A stretch of DNA of 64,000 nucleotides from Phycisphaerales bacterium (GTDB lineage: Bacteria; Planctomycetota; Phycisphaerae; Phycisphaerales; UBA1924), in assembly GCA_044222485.1 (NCBI GenBank), contig JBGAND010000020.1, positions 17,907 to 81,906 of the forward strand. The letters run 5' to 3'. A program made the position numbers and the translations under genes. Below, piece by piece: positions 9,855 through 19,409 of this stretch (the first letter of the stretch is position 1; each line of letters opens with the position of its first letter). The notes beneath the pieces are model-generated. The model had not been told where the DNA came from. It worked only from the letters and a program-made list of their open reading frames with translations, and ran no database searches.

Positions 9855-11071
9855 CCCTTGGGCTCCGGCTTGTCGTTGGGATCAATCAGGGAGTCGATGA
9901 CGGACAGGTCCACTTCGGAAACATCGATTTTCTTGGGCGGAGGGGCCGCGGCACGGCGGGGCTCCGGGCTGGGCTCGGCCTCGCGGGTGAGTTCACCAAT
10001 GAGATCGCGTTCTGGCGTCGCGGGCGCGACGGTCGCATCGGCCTTGGCAGCCGGCGCTTCATCGGCGGCCCTCACGAGCTTGCTGATCAGCGCATCACCC
10101 TCATCGGCACGCAAGAACGAAGCGGTCTGCCCGCCGCTCTGCGCGCCCGAGGTCTCGATCCGATCGGCCTTGGCTTTTTCCACGATGTCCAGGAACAGGG
10201 CTTCGAGTGTCTGACGCGGGCGCGTGACTTTGAGAATGGCCTTGGACCCGCCCGAGCGATTGCGGATAATCCGGTCGATCTCGGACACCGTGCCCTCATC
10301 GAGCGTGTCAGCCTCGATAGATGTGCGGTTCTGGCTCTCGAGAAGTTCCGCGCATGTGCCCTCGGCTCTGGTCTTGCCGCCATAGAGAATGACCATGCGG
10401 TCTACACAGTCTTCCACATCGGCGAGCAAGTGACTGGAGAGCAGCACGGTCTTTCCGCGGCGGCCCAACTCGATGATCAGGTCTTTGACCTGGCGGGTGC
10501 CGATGGGGTCCAGGCCGGTGGTGGGCTCATCCAGGATCAGGAAGTCCGGGTCGTTAATGAGTGCCTGCGCCAGGCCGAGGCGGCGCTGCATGCCCTTGGA
10601 GTATTCGCGAACGGTGCGGAACTGGGCGGTGCCCAGGCCCACCATGTCGATCAGTTCATCGATCCGCTTCTTCCTGATGTTGCGGTCCAGTTCGAACAGC
10701 TTGCCGTAGTAGTCCAGCGTCTCGCGAGCATCGAGGAACGGGTAGAGGTATGACTCTTCGGGCAAGTAGCCGATGCGCTTCTTGGATGAAACATCGGTGG
10801 GGGGTTTGCCGAACACCGAGAGCCGGCCCGAGGACTTTTTCAGCAGCCCCAGGATCATCTTGATTGTGGTGCTCTTGCCGCTGCCGTTGGGGCCGAGCAA
10901 GCCGAAGACCTCGTGCGGGTAAATCTCAAACGAGACGTTGTCCACCGCGCGGGCTCGGTCGCGCATCCAGAAGTCTTTGAAAACCTTGGTCAGGCTTTGC
11001 GCGGCCACGATCGGCACCCCGGTCGGGGTGTCGATCGTGCGACCGGCGGATGGGGCCGCGGCGCGGGTCAC
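9851..11071 (-). CDS. ABC transporter ATP-binding protein with an Ala/Pro/Glu-rich C-terminal extension
   Basis: Walker A GPNGSGKST, signature YSKGMQRRLGLA, Walker B FLILDEPTTGLD, H-loop SSHLL. I chose the GTG at 11071 because the track ORF 9851..11326 would otherwise overlap the upstream SPFH gene. The junction is a GTGA overlap at 11068-11071. Confidence 0.88.
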   Translation of the reverse strand: MTRAAAPSAGRTIDTPTGVPIVAAQSLTKVFKDFWMRDRARAVDNVSFEIYPHEVFGLLGPNGSGKSTTIKMILGLLKKSSGRLSVFGKPPTDVSSKKRIGYLPEESYLYPFLDARETLDYYGKLFELDRNIRKKRIDELIDMVGLGTAQFRTVREYSKGMQRRLGLAQALINDPDFLILDEPTTGLDPIGTRQVKDLIIELGRRGKTVLLSSHLLADVEDCVDRMVILYGGKTRAEGTCAELLESQNRTSIEADTLDEGTVSEIDRIIRNRSGGSKAILKVTRPRQTLEALFLDIVEKAKADRIETSGAQSGGQTASFLRADEGDALISKLVRAADEAPAAKADATVAPATPERDLIGELTREAEPSPEPRRAAAPPPKKIDVSEVDLSVIDSLIDPNDKPEPKG

Positions 11072-12507
11072 CGGCCCCCTCCCGCGGCCTTGGGCGAAGT
11101 CGGCAGCTCTTGGAGGCTGGTGTCGGTCTTGAACCGCGACTGCTTCTGCGCCTCGTTTCTGGCGAGCTCCGCGGCCCGGAACTTCGCCAGCTTCGCGGCC
11201 TCGTTGGCATCCTTCAGGTAGTCCTGATCGCGATTGAGCACGACTTCCGCGGTGTCGGTGCCCGGCGGCAGGAGGAACGTTTCCACCAGCGGCTGGCGGA
11301 GGAAGTCCGTCATCGCATCGGTCCATTCACGCTGAATGACCACGTCGGGGTTGCTCTTGAACTGGGCGTACTTGGCCTGGAAGGAAGCAAGCTCGGCCTG
11401 GCGCCGGCTGACGATCGAGGTGCGGTACTGCCGCGCCTCGTTGAGCATCGCGCTGACACGCCCGGACGGGTACTTCTTGCCAGAAGTGTCACCGGCCCTG
11501 GGCGGCTCGCTCATCAGTGTTTCGTTGATCTTGGCCAGAATCTCGTCCTGCTCGGCTTTGGTGCCTTTGGCGATGGCCGCTTCATAGAGGTCGATCTGGT
11601 GGATGAGCGGCTCGTAGGCCTCGCCGGCCATTTCGTTGAGAATGTTGCGAGCCTTGGATTCGGCACCGCTGCGCTGCTGGCTAGCCTTCTGCTCCGCGGA
11701 TTGAACGCCGTTGAAGTCTGTGAAGAGGACAAACGGGGCGGTCTTCTCCTGGAGCGTGAGCTGCTTGATGTCGATCCCGGAGTTCAGGGCGTTCAAAGCA
11801 TCCTGGGCAATCTCTTTGGCACGCCGCGCAACCGAACCGTCATCTCCCTGCGACTGCTTGAGCAGGTCATCGATCTTTATGGTCGAGATCGCCTGAACCA
11901 CGCCGCGCTCCACCGCGGCCTGCACGATCTTCTTCTCATCCTCAGGCAGGATGTTCTGGACGAACTCTTTCGGGCGTTTGCGGAAGTAAATCACCTTCCA
12001 GCGGGTGTGGGCGATGTTCTCATCCCCGGTGATCAGCGAGCCATCTTCGCCGGGCTTGAGCGAGAGCTTGGTGCCCATCTGCGCGACCTGCGAGATCGGG
12101 AGCTTCCGCTGGTCGGGAGTCATGGAGGGCATGAACGAGTCATCCATTTCCAGCGTGACGGTTCCCTGATCAACGCGGATCAACTCGCCCATGGGATAAG
12201 GCGCGCTGACCTGCATCCCCGGGGGCAGGTTGTCGCCGGTGACCCGGCCGAAGAGGAGCTGGATGCCGCTCTCGGTTTCCTTGATGGACTGCACGCCGCT
12301 GGCGAGGAAGTAAACGAACAGGCCTGCCATCGCGACCTGCACGCCGCGGAACACCATCTTGAGCGCATCGGCCAACGACTGGTTGGCCGCATCCAGTTGC
12401 ATCGCCGTTTCGTCGGCCTGCGACTGGGTTTGAAGCGTGACCGAGGCCGGCCGGATGGGGCGTGCTCCGGGCTGGCCGCTGGGCTGAATGGGGCCTTCGT
12501 CGCTCAC
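11068..12507 (-). CDS. SPFH/band-7 (HflK-like) membrane protein, 479 aa
   Basis: One TM segment (FRGVQVAMAGLFVYFLASGV), then an SPFH-like core (IKETESGIQLLFGRVTG...) and a long coiled-coil-like tail. The GTG start overlaps the previous stop (GTGA at 12504-12507). Confidence 0.75.
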   Translation of the reverse strand: MSDEGPIQPSGQPGARPIRPASVTLQTQSQADETAMQLDAANQSLADALKMVFRGVQVAMAGLFVYFLASGVQSIKETESGIQLLFGRVTGDNLPPGMQVSAPYPMGELIRVDQGTVTLEMDDSFMPSMTPDQRKLPISQVAQMGTKLSLKPGEDGSLITGDENIAHTRWKVIYFRKRPKEFVQNILPEDEKKIVQAAVERGVVQAISTIKIDDLLKQSQGDDGSVARRAKEIAQDALNALNSGIDIKQLTLQEKTAPFVLFTDFNGVQSAEQKASQQRSGAESKARNILNEMAGEAYEPLIHQIDLYEAAIAKGTKAEQDEILAKINETLMSEPPRAGDTSGKKYPSGRVSAMLNEARQYRTSIVSRRQAELASFQAKYAQFKSNPDVVIQREWTDAMTDFLRQPLVETFLLPPGTDTAEVVLNRDQDYLKDANEAAKLAKFRAAELARNEAQKQSRFKTDTSLQELPTSPKAAGGGR

Positions 12508-13553
12508 CGCTGGCCTCCCGTCTTGGGGTCGGCGGCGACGGCCGCGGGCTTGTCTGCTTCAGCATTGGGGGATTCGGCGGAGGTGTCGGCCATCAGCCCC
12601 TGGATTCCGGGGACGCCGGCCCGCTTGGGGTTGGTCATCGCGCCGGGAGAGTAGTTCTCCATGCCGGGCATAGCGGTGCTGAAGATGAGCGTGATCCGCT
12701 TGGCCAGTGACTCACGGATGAAGTCCATGTTCTTGAGGAACACGGCGAGCTCGGGGCTCTGGTTCATCTGCTTCACAGAGTCCAGAGCCTCTTCATCACC
12801 CTTCTTGCGGATGTCCGCGGCCAGCGCCGCCGTGAAGTCTTCAATGCGCCGAGCGTTCTGTTGGGCTGCCGATGTGATGGCCTGGGCCGCGGAAACGCCC
12901 TTGCTCTCAAGATCGGCGACCAGCCGGGCCCGCTCAGCCTTCATGCTCTCAAAGACGGCCTTGGTGGTCTCATCGGGAAGGACGATGCGGTTGATGCCGA
13001 CGGTGACGACTTCCATGCCGTAGTCATCGAGGCTGCCCTTGTCCTGAGCCGTGGCCCGGAGGCCCGAGAGGATCTTGCCCTCCAGTTCGGCGAGCTTGGT
13101 GCTCTTGGCGTCGGTGCTGAAGAGCTCGTTGAGGCTGTACTTGCTGATTTCGCCAACAGCGCTGAGCAGGTTGCCCCGCAGTACTTCTTCGGCTTTCTTG
13201 TAGTGATCGGTGGCCCGATCGCCGGCGTTGCTGAAGCGCTGGAAGAACTTCAGCGGGTTCTTGACCCGCCAGGTGCAGAAGGACTCGACCTCGAGCTGCT
13301 TGCTGTCCTTGGTTTGCTGGGTGTGCGACCGCGTCTGCAGAATCCGGGACCGCGTGTCGTACTTGGTCACGCTTTGTATCGGGTCTGGCCACTTGAACTT
13401 CAGGCCGGGGTCGGTTTTCTCTGCGCCCGCGCCGGCGCTGCCGAACGTGGTAAGAACCGCGGCCTCGGTGAATCGGACCGTGTACGTCATGGCGCGAGAG
13501 AGCAACGCCACCGCGAACACCAGGCCCACTGCAAGAATGATCATCCGTCGCAC
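12504..13553 (-). CDS. SPFH/band-7 (HflC-like) membrane protein
   Basis: N-terminal TM segment MIILAVGLVFAVALL, then TYTVRFTEAAVLTTFG...GMEVVTVGINRIVLPDETTKAVFESMKAERARLV, typical of the prohibitin/HflC fold. I prefer the GTG at 13553 because it is preceded by AAGGAG (13563-13568) with a 9-nt spacer. ATG 13544 is the alternative start. Confidence 0.78.
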   Translation of the reverse strand: MRRMIILAVGLVFAVALLSRAMTYTVRFTEAAVLTTFGSAGAGAEKTDPGLKFKWPDPIQSVTKYDTRSRILQTRSHTQQTKDSKQLEVESFCTWRVKNPLKFFQRFSNAGDRATDHYKKAEEVLRGNLLSAVGEISKYSLNELFSTDAKSTKLAELEGKILSGLRATAQDKGSLDDYGMEVVTVGINRIVLPDETTKAVFESMKAERARLVADLESKGVSAAQAITSAAQQNARRIEDFTAALAADIRKKGDEEALDSVKQMNQSPELAVFLKNMDFIRESLAKRITLIFSTAMPGMENYSPGAMTNPKRAGVPGIQGLMADTSAESPNAEADKPAAVAADPKTGGQR

Positions 13554-13572
13554 GTGATCGCACTCCTTACCG

Positions 13573-15672
13573 TCAGTTAGTCTGCTTGGCTTGGTTGTCG
13601 AAAATCTCCGCAACGCTCTCCCGGTCCATGAAGTCGCCGCGGAAATGCAGTTTCACCTTGCCATCCACAATGAACACCCGCGAGCCGGCCATGGCCGCTT
13701 GCAAGGCGTCGAAGTACAGCGAAGCCTTGAACACCGCCGGCGCCGCCAGGTAGGTGCCCAGCTGGCCCTGGTACGCCGCAAGGCGTGCACGCTCACCCAT
13801 GTTCTTGGACCAGCGGTCGGCGCTGGCCACCTGGATCATGCTCGCGGCCCGACCTCCGGCCTGTTGAATGAGCCCCTGGACCTTGACCCGTTGCTCGGCG
13901 ACCGCCAGCTTCTGTGCCTCGGTCGGGGTCCGACCTTGTTCGTTGGTCAGTTTCTCCAGGGCGTCAATTTCGCTGACGATCTTCTCGGCCAGCTCAACAC
14001 TGCCCACAGCGTTCACCAGCGTGCGCGTCGCATCCGCTTGAGCCGTGGCGATCTTGGCGTGCAGTTTCTGCTCGGCGCCCACCACCTGCTCAAACTGCAG
14101 CGCAGTTTCCTTGGGAGGGTGAACGTCATCCATGCCCACGAACAGCACCTTCACCCCTGCCCCCATGGACCTGCCCGTCTCGCCATCGGGGTTCAACGCT
14201 TTAAAGGCCTCCTCGATGCGGCGTGTGAGTTCCTTGCGCACCTTGGGCCGATCTGCCGACAGCAGATCAGTGACCGAGAGCGTCGCGAAGTACTGCATCG
14301 TCGCCCGTTGGGCCGTCGCCTTCAGCAGGTCGTCCCGAAGTTCCGGCGGCCCCAGCATCTCATAGGTCTTGACGTCTTCAATCGCGTAGTGCAGCGGCAA
14401 CTCCGCCGCCAAGATGGACAGATCCCGTGTCTTCCCCGCGCCTGCTTCCGCTTCCGACCACGGCTGCACCAGGAAGAACACTTCCGCGTTGTGGTCGTTG
14501 GTCCACAGCACCGGCTTTTCGGGGTCCGGCGGCATAGATCCAAGATCCACCGACCGCACGCCCGTCACCGTCTGACTCGTGAAAATGACTTTTCCCTGAG
14601 CATCCTTCTTCGTGTAGACCGGGACTTCCACGGTCTCGATCGGCCACGGTAGCTTGAAGTTCAGCCCCGGTTCGATGATGCGCTCGAACTTTCCGAATCT
14701 CAGCACCATCCCCTTCTCGTGCGGACGCACAACCGCCAGGCTCGACATGGCCCACAGCACCACGATGGCCACCGGCAGGAGCACCCGGAAAACCGTCCGC
14801 GACAGCAGCCGATAGAACCAGCTTCCGGAAACGTCGTAGCCGAACTGGTAGTTGATGGCCTCGCCGATCGACTCGGCGATGCGATCCGGGGCCGCGACAA
14901 AGCCCAGCACACGCGACTCAAACGCAGGCCGGGGATATTCCCCAGCCTTCCGCGGCCGGTACAGGTCCAAAACAAAGTTCAGGAAGATCTCGGCGCCCAG
15001 GGCGATCAGAACCACGGGGAACGCCAGGATGAGGTACCGCAGCACCACATCCGGACCCATGATGTCGATGACCTGGGCGATGGGCATGGTCAGGCCCATC
15101 AAGGCCGCGCCGACGGCAAAGCCGGCTCCGCCCCGCAGGTTGGTCCAGACCTTCTGCTTGGCCATTCCCGAGATGTAGCGAGCGAACAGGAACCCGACGA
15201 ACGCCACGGCGACGCCGAACGCGATGGACCATCCGCGGGCCGTCGGCGGCTGCCAGGTGGCCATCTGGTGACGGCCCTCGGTGAACCGCCAGAACCCGAT
15301 GCCGATGAGGGCCGCGCCAACAATCAGGCTGACGACCGGGATCAGAACCTTATAAATCAGCTTGAGCCGCTGGGCGGCGACCCGGTCCGTCTGGCCCTGC
15401 TGCTCGAAGACCGAGTATGAAGCGGCATCCGACGCCGCGAACGACTCGGCCTCAATCGCCTCAATCCGCTCCCGCCGATGCTGATCAAAGAGCACGGCAA
15501 GGCACAGCCACACCGGCACACCCAGCAGGATGAAGAGCGATGCCGTAATAGAGGCATCGTCGCGCGTGAACAGCCCGTTGAGCAGGAGCAGAAGGCCCAT
15601 GGCCAACTGGATCACCAGCCCCAAAAGGCTCTTCCCCGTTGCTCGCTGGTAACTCAGGTAATCCGGTTTCAT
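13573..15672 (-). CDS. polytopic membrane domain fused to an SPFH/band-7 (HflK-like) domain, 699 aa
   Basis: Start at ATG 15672 (MKPDYLSYQ). The N-terminal ~330 aa are multi-TM. Then comes VVRPHEKGMVLRFGKFERIIEPGLNFKLPWPIETVEVPV, an SPFH core, and a long helical tail. Confidence 0.78.
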   Translation of the reverse strand: MKPDYLSYQRATGKSLLGLVIQLAMGLLLLLNGLFTRDDASITASLFILLGVPVWLCLAVLFDQHRRERIEAIEAESFAASDAASYSVFEQQGQTDRVAAQRLKLIYKVLIPVVSLIVGAALIGIGFWRFTEGRHQMATWQPPTARGWSIAFGVAVAFVGFLFARYISGMAKQKVWTNLRGGAGFAVGAALMGLTMPIAQVIDIMGPDVVLRYLILAFPVVLIALGAEIFLNFVLDLYRPRKAGEYPRPAFESRVLGFVAAPDRIAESIGEAINYQFGYDVSGSWFYRLLSRTVFRVLLPVAIVVLWAMSSLAVVRPHEKGMVLRFGKFERIIEPGLNFKLPWPIETVEVPVYTKKDAQGKVIFTSQTVTGVRSVDLGSMPPDPEKPVLWTNDHNAEVFFLVQPWSEAEAGAGKTRDLSILAAELPLHYAIEDVKTYEMLGPPELRDDLLKATAQRATMQYFATLSVTDLLSADRPKVRKELTRRIEEAFKALNPDGETGRSMGAGVKVLFVGMDDVHPPKETALQFEQVVGAEQKLHAKIATAQADATRTLVNAVGSVELAEKIVSEIDALEKLTNEQGRTPTEAQKLAVAEQRVKVQGLIQQAGGRAASMIQVASADRWSKNMGERARLAAYQGQLGTYLAAPAVFKASLYFDALQAAMAGSRVFIVDGKVKLHFRGDFMDRESVAEIFDNQAKQTN

Positions 15673-16015
15673 GCAGTGTTCCGATTCAACCGTGCGCCCT
15701 CGCGTCAGACCCCGCGCAAGACCCGCGCTCCGCGCTTCCCGCCCCAGGGCAACCTGCCAAGGGGGGCCTATTGTGCCCAACAGGGCCGCCCCTGTCCACC
15801 GATGCGCGGCCGCCGTGCCCGCACCTTACCAATCTCTCTCAGCTCCAATTTCACTCGTCCCACGAGATTCGCGCAGGGCAAGGCGAACCGGAGACCCCGG
15901 TCGCACGTTGAAGTACGGACCGCCCGGGCGTATGTTCGTCCGCCCCGGCGGAATAATTGCACCGGCCCGTTCGGGTCCAAGTCCCCCAGCCTTCCAGCCC
16001 CCTAGCGACCACCCC

Positions 16016-17362
16016 ATGCCCGCCCAGATCCTCGCCATCGCCCGCAACACCTTCATCGAGAGCATTCGTCAGCCTATTTTCTTCGTGCTGGTGATGCTTT
16101 CGGGAATCCTCCAGTTCTTCACGACCTGGGGAACCGGCTTTGCCATGGGGTACACCGAGTCCGGAGAGGTCTCGGGAGATGACAAGCTCCAGTTTGACGT
16201 GGGCCTTTCGACGGTGTTCGTTTGCGGAATGCTTTTGGCGGCCCTGACCGCAACCGCGGTCATATCCCGTGAAATCGAGAACAAGACCGTCCTGACCGTG
16301 GTGAGCAAGCCCGTCCCGCGTCCCAGCGTGGTCCTGGGCAAGTATCTGGGCGTCGCCGGGTCCCTCTTGATTGCCATCATTCCCATGATCATCTTTCTGC
16401 TCATGGGAATCCGGCACGGGGTGATGTCCACCGCCTCAGATGATCCCGATGGCCCGGTCCTGCTTTTCACGTTCCTGGCCATCTTCATTGCCCTGGGCAC
16501 GGCCGTCTGGTGCAACTTCTTCTACGGCTGGTACTTCTCTCAAACCTGCATGCTGATCCTCGCTCCGGGCATGTTGCTGGCCTTTGTGCTCGTGCTCTGC
16601 TTGAGCAAGAAATGGACATGGCAAGTTCCCCTCACCGACCTCAAGCCCCAGATCTGTTTCGCCTGCTTCTCTATGGCCACGGGCATCTTTGTGCTCGCCG
16701 CCGTGGCCACGGCGGTATCCACGCGTCTGAGCCAGGTCATGACCATTACCGTGTGCATCGGTGTGTTCATGTTCGGGCTCATGTCCAACTACCTGGTCGG
16801 CAAGCGGGTCTTTGACAACAAACAGGCCGCGATTGTCAAGTTTGCGATCCCCGCCGACGAGGTCAAACCCGGCTGGGCCGAGCCCGGCTCGACCTACAAG
16901 ATCACGACTCTTTCTGCGATGAAGATCGCCGTGCGCCCCGGCGACTCGTTCTATTACGCGGATAGTCCGACAGGCTTCCCCATGCTGGTGCCCACGTTCC
17001 CGCGTGTGGACCCCAAGGCGGACCTCTCGAGCAACCTATCTCCCCATCCCGCTCTGGTGGTCACTCAGGCCGACGGCATGGGGATAACGGTCAAGCGTAT
17101 TGGCGAAGGTCCCTTCGCCATCGAACGCCCGCCGCAGACCGGCGACTCGATTTTCATCCGGCCCACTCGCGTCAACCTCATCCCGCTGGCCATCTGGAGC
17201 GTCACCCCGAACCTCCATTACTTCTGGCTGGTGGATGCCGTCAGCCAGAACCAACTGATCCCCTTCACTCACATCGGGCTGGTTTTGCTCTACGCTTTCG
17301 CCCAAATCGGGGCCTTTTTGGCCCTCGGAGTCGCCCTCTTCCAACGCAGGGATGTCGGCTAA
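16016..17362 (+). CDS. ABC-2-type transporter permease-like membrane protein, 448 aa, divergent from the SPFH operon
   Basis: ATG 16016 gives MPAQILAIARNTFIESIRQPIFFVLVML...ISREIENKTVLTVVSKPVPRPSVVLGKYLG, an ABC-2/NosY-like motif. It has several TM segments and a soluble insert. The upstream part of the track ORF is Arg/Pro-rich and looks non-coding. Confidence 0.75.
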   Translation: MPAQILAIARNTFIESIRQPIFFVLVMLSGILQFFTTWGTGFAMGYTESGEVSGDDKLQFDVGLSTVFVCGMLLAALTATAVISREIENKTVLTVVSKPVPRPSVVLGKYLGVAGSLLIAIIPMIIFLLMGIRHGVMSTASDDPDGPVLLFTFLAIFIALGTAVWCNFFYGWYFSQTCMLILAPGMLLAFVLVLCLSKKWTWQVPLTDLKPQICFACFSMATGIFVLAAVATAVSTRLSQVMTITVCIGVFMFGLMSNYLVGKRVFDNKQAAIVKFAIPADEVKPGWAEPGSTYKITTLSAMKIAVRPGDSFYYADSPTGFPMLVPTFPRVDPKADLSSNLSPHPALVVTQADGMGITVKRIGEGPFAIERPPQTGDSIFIRPTRVNLIPLAIWSVTPNLHYFWLVDAVSQNQLIPFTHIGLVLLYAFAQIGAFLALGVALFQRRDVG

Positions 17363-17394
17363 CATATTCAGCCGGTCATTCGCCGGGCGTTTCA

Positions 17395-17703
17395 GTGGAG
17401 CAAGTCATGGCTGAGCACAATCGGTCTTCGTTGGTCGACGATTCGTTTGCATCCGTCGGCTCTGGCAAAAAATCAAAGAAATCCAGTGGCAGCGGCGGCA
17501 ACTCCGGCATGGGCCTGAAGATCGGGCTCATCGTGGTTTGCTTCATCGGCGCGGCGCTGGGCTTTGCTTACAGCCAGGGCATGTTTGAAGCCCCGCCCAA
17601 GCCCGTCGTGCGTACGGAAACCGATAATAAGGCCGCGGCCGAGTCTCAAAAGATTCAGGACGCCGTCAAGACCAAGCCCAATATTCAGACCGGCGGCAGC
17701 TGA
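17395..17703 (+). CDS. small single-pass membrane protein, hypothetical
   Basis: ORF with a Lys/Ser/Gly-rich N-terminus and TM segment GLKIGLIVVCFIGAALGFAY. The start may be GTG 17395 or ATG 17407. Confidence 0.5.
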   Translation: MEQVMAEHNRSSLVDDSFASVGSGKKSKKSSGSGGNSGMGLKIGLIVVCFIGAALGFAYSQGMFEAPPKPVVRTETDNKAAAESQKIQDAVKTKPNIQTGGS

Positions 17704-17706
17704 AAC

Positions 17707-19116
17707 TCAGGCCAGCTTTGCGGTTTTGTGCTCGTTGATGGCCTGCCCATAGGCCTTGATGCACTTTTCGGCCGCGCCGTCCCACGTCAGCCACCGCAGG
17801 TCGATCGCGCCGTGGTGCCGCAGCGTCTGTGACAGCGGCGGGTGCCTCAGCACCGCCACAATCTTGTTGGCCATCTCATCGGTGTCCCAGAAGTCAACCT
17901 TCAGCACGTGCGTGAGCACCTCCGACACGCCCGACTGCTTGGACAGAATCACCGGCACATCGTGATGGATCGCCTCAAGGGCTGAGAGCCCAAATGGCTC
18001 CGAAACGCTCGGCATCACGTAGCAGTCCGCCATGCTGAACACGCGTTCGACGTCGCGACCACGCAGGAATCCAGTGAACAGCACCTTGCTGCCGATCCCC
18101 ATCTGGGCCGCCAGTTCGATCATCCGCGTTGCCATATCTCCCGAGCCCGCGACCACGAACTTGACGTTCTTGATCTTTTCCAGCACCCGCTTGGCCGCGG
18201 CGATGAAGTACTCGGGCCCCTTCTGCATCGTGATCCGCCCCAGGAAAAGCACGATTTTGTCCTTGGACTCGATCTGAGCCCCCGGCTCGGGCTGTTCCGA
18301 ATCGCGATCAATGCCGTTGTAAACCACATCAATCTTGGAGGGCGGTACGGCGTATCTCTGCACGCAGATCGACTTGGTATACGCCGACACGGCCACAACG
18401 CGATCTGCCAGGTGCATCCCGCGCCGTTCGATGTCATAAAGCTGCTGGTGAATGTTGTCCCCAGACCGGTCAAACTCGGTCGAGTGCACGTGGACGACCA
18501 GCGGTTTGCCGGAGACGTTGGAGATCGCGATCCCCGCCGGATATGTCAGCCAGTCGTGGGCGTGGACGACGTCAAACCGCTCGTGTTGAGCAAGCGCCAC
18601 CACCAGCCGCGCATAACGGTCAGCATCACCGACCAGGTCCCCCGAATAGTGCCCGCCACCTTTGTTCGCCATTCCCACCGGAATCGGCAAAGGCGCGGCC
18701 GCTTCAAACCCCTCCGGACCGCCGCTGGCGCCCATCATCGACGGATCCGCCGCCGCGGCACCGCGCATGGATTCGTCCGCGGTGTTGAACATCGGATAAG
18801 GGCTCGAAAACGAGGCCTGCACACCCTTGAACACCACGTGCTCAAACTCGGTCGTCGTGTAATCCGGATCAAACCCTTCGGCGGCTCGCTTGGCAGACGC
18901 CTTGGTCGTCCGGCGCGGCATCCGCAGGGGACCCTTGGAGGAGTCCGGGCTCAGCAGCTTGATGTGCGAACTGTGCGACTTATCCACCGGCCGCGGCAGG
19001 ATGAACAACACCTCGCTGCCCATGCGATCCAGCGCTTTGGTCAGGCCATAACAGGCGACCCCAAGGCCGCCGGCGATAAACGGAGGAAACTCCCAACCAA
19101 GCATCAAGATCCGCAT
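17707..19116 (-). CDS. GT4-family glycosyltransferase (glycogen-synthase-like N-terminus)
   Basis: MRILMLGWEFPPFIAGGLGVACYGLTKAL... followed by FLGRITMQKGPEYFI...YVMPSVSEPFGLSALEA, the GT-B/GT4 EX7E-type region. Confidence 0.85.
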   Translation of the reverse strand: MRILMLGWEFPPFIAGGLGVACYGLTKALDRMGSEVLFILPRPVDKSHSSHIKLLSPDSSKGPLRMPRRTTKASAKRAAEGFDPDYTTTEFEHVVFKGVQASFSSPYPMFNTADESMRGAAAADPSMMGASGGPEGFEAAAPLPIPVGMANKGGGHYSGDLVGDADRYARLVVALAQHERFDVVHAHDWLTYPAGIAISNVSGKPLVVHVHSTEFDRSGDNIHQQLYDIERRGMHLADRVVAVSAYTKSICVQRYAVPPSKIDVVYNGIDRDSEQPEPGAQIESKDKIVLFLGRITMQKGPEYFIAAAKRVLEKIKNVKFVVAGSGDMATRMIELAAQMGIGSKVLFTGFLRGRDVERVFSMADCYVMPSVSEPFGLSALEAIHHDVPVILSKQSGVSEVLTHVLKVDFWDTDEMANKIVAVLRHPPLSQTLRHHGAIDLRWLTWDGAAEKCIKAYGQAINEHKTAKLA

Positions 19117-19205
19117 CGTGCGACTTCCACTTTCCTCTAATGTGGGCCTTCATCGGCCCGGCGACTTTCAATCCATTGCAAGCCGAGAACCCTGAACCGA
19201 ATCTT

Positions 19206-19373
19206 CTACTTCCGACCCTTCATCGCGTGCGTAATGGCGCTGATCAGGAACAGCACCAGGAACACAAAGAACAGGATTTTGGCGATCTCCATCGCCGTGC
19301 CCGAAAGTTGCCCGAACCCCAGAAACGCGGCGATCAGGGCGATGACCAGAAACACGACAGCATAATGAAGCAC
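19206..19373 (-). CDS. DUF1328 (UPF0391/YtjA-like) small membrane protein, 55 aa
   Basis: Too short for the ORF track. Manual translation gives (M)[54 protein letters not shown]. The GTG start is preceded by AAGGAG (19380-19385) with a 6-nt spacer. Confidence 0.8.
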   Translation of the reverse strand: MLHYAVVFLVIALIAAFLGFGQLSGTAMEIAKILFFVFLVLFLISAITHAMKGRK

Positions 19374-19409
19374 GACGATCTCCTTGTTGATCGCGACCTT
19401 CGCTGTCGC

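Noticed and set aside
9851-11326. Upstream extensions of track ORFs (ABC ATPase to 11326, 15671..17362, 44758..46419, 50176..52449, 52163..53743, 13573..15780, 22695..24323).
   Set aside because: The extensions overlap neighbouring genes or are Arg/Pro-rich. Internal starts give signal peptides, TM anchors or conserved N-termini.
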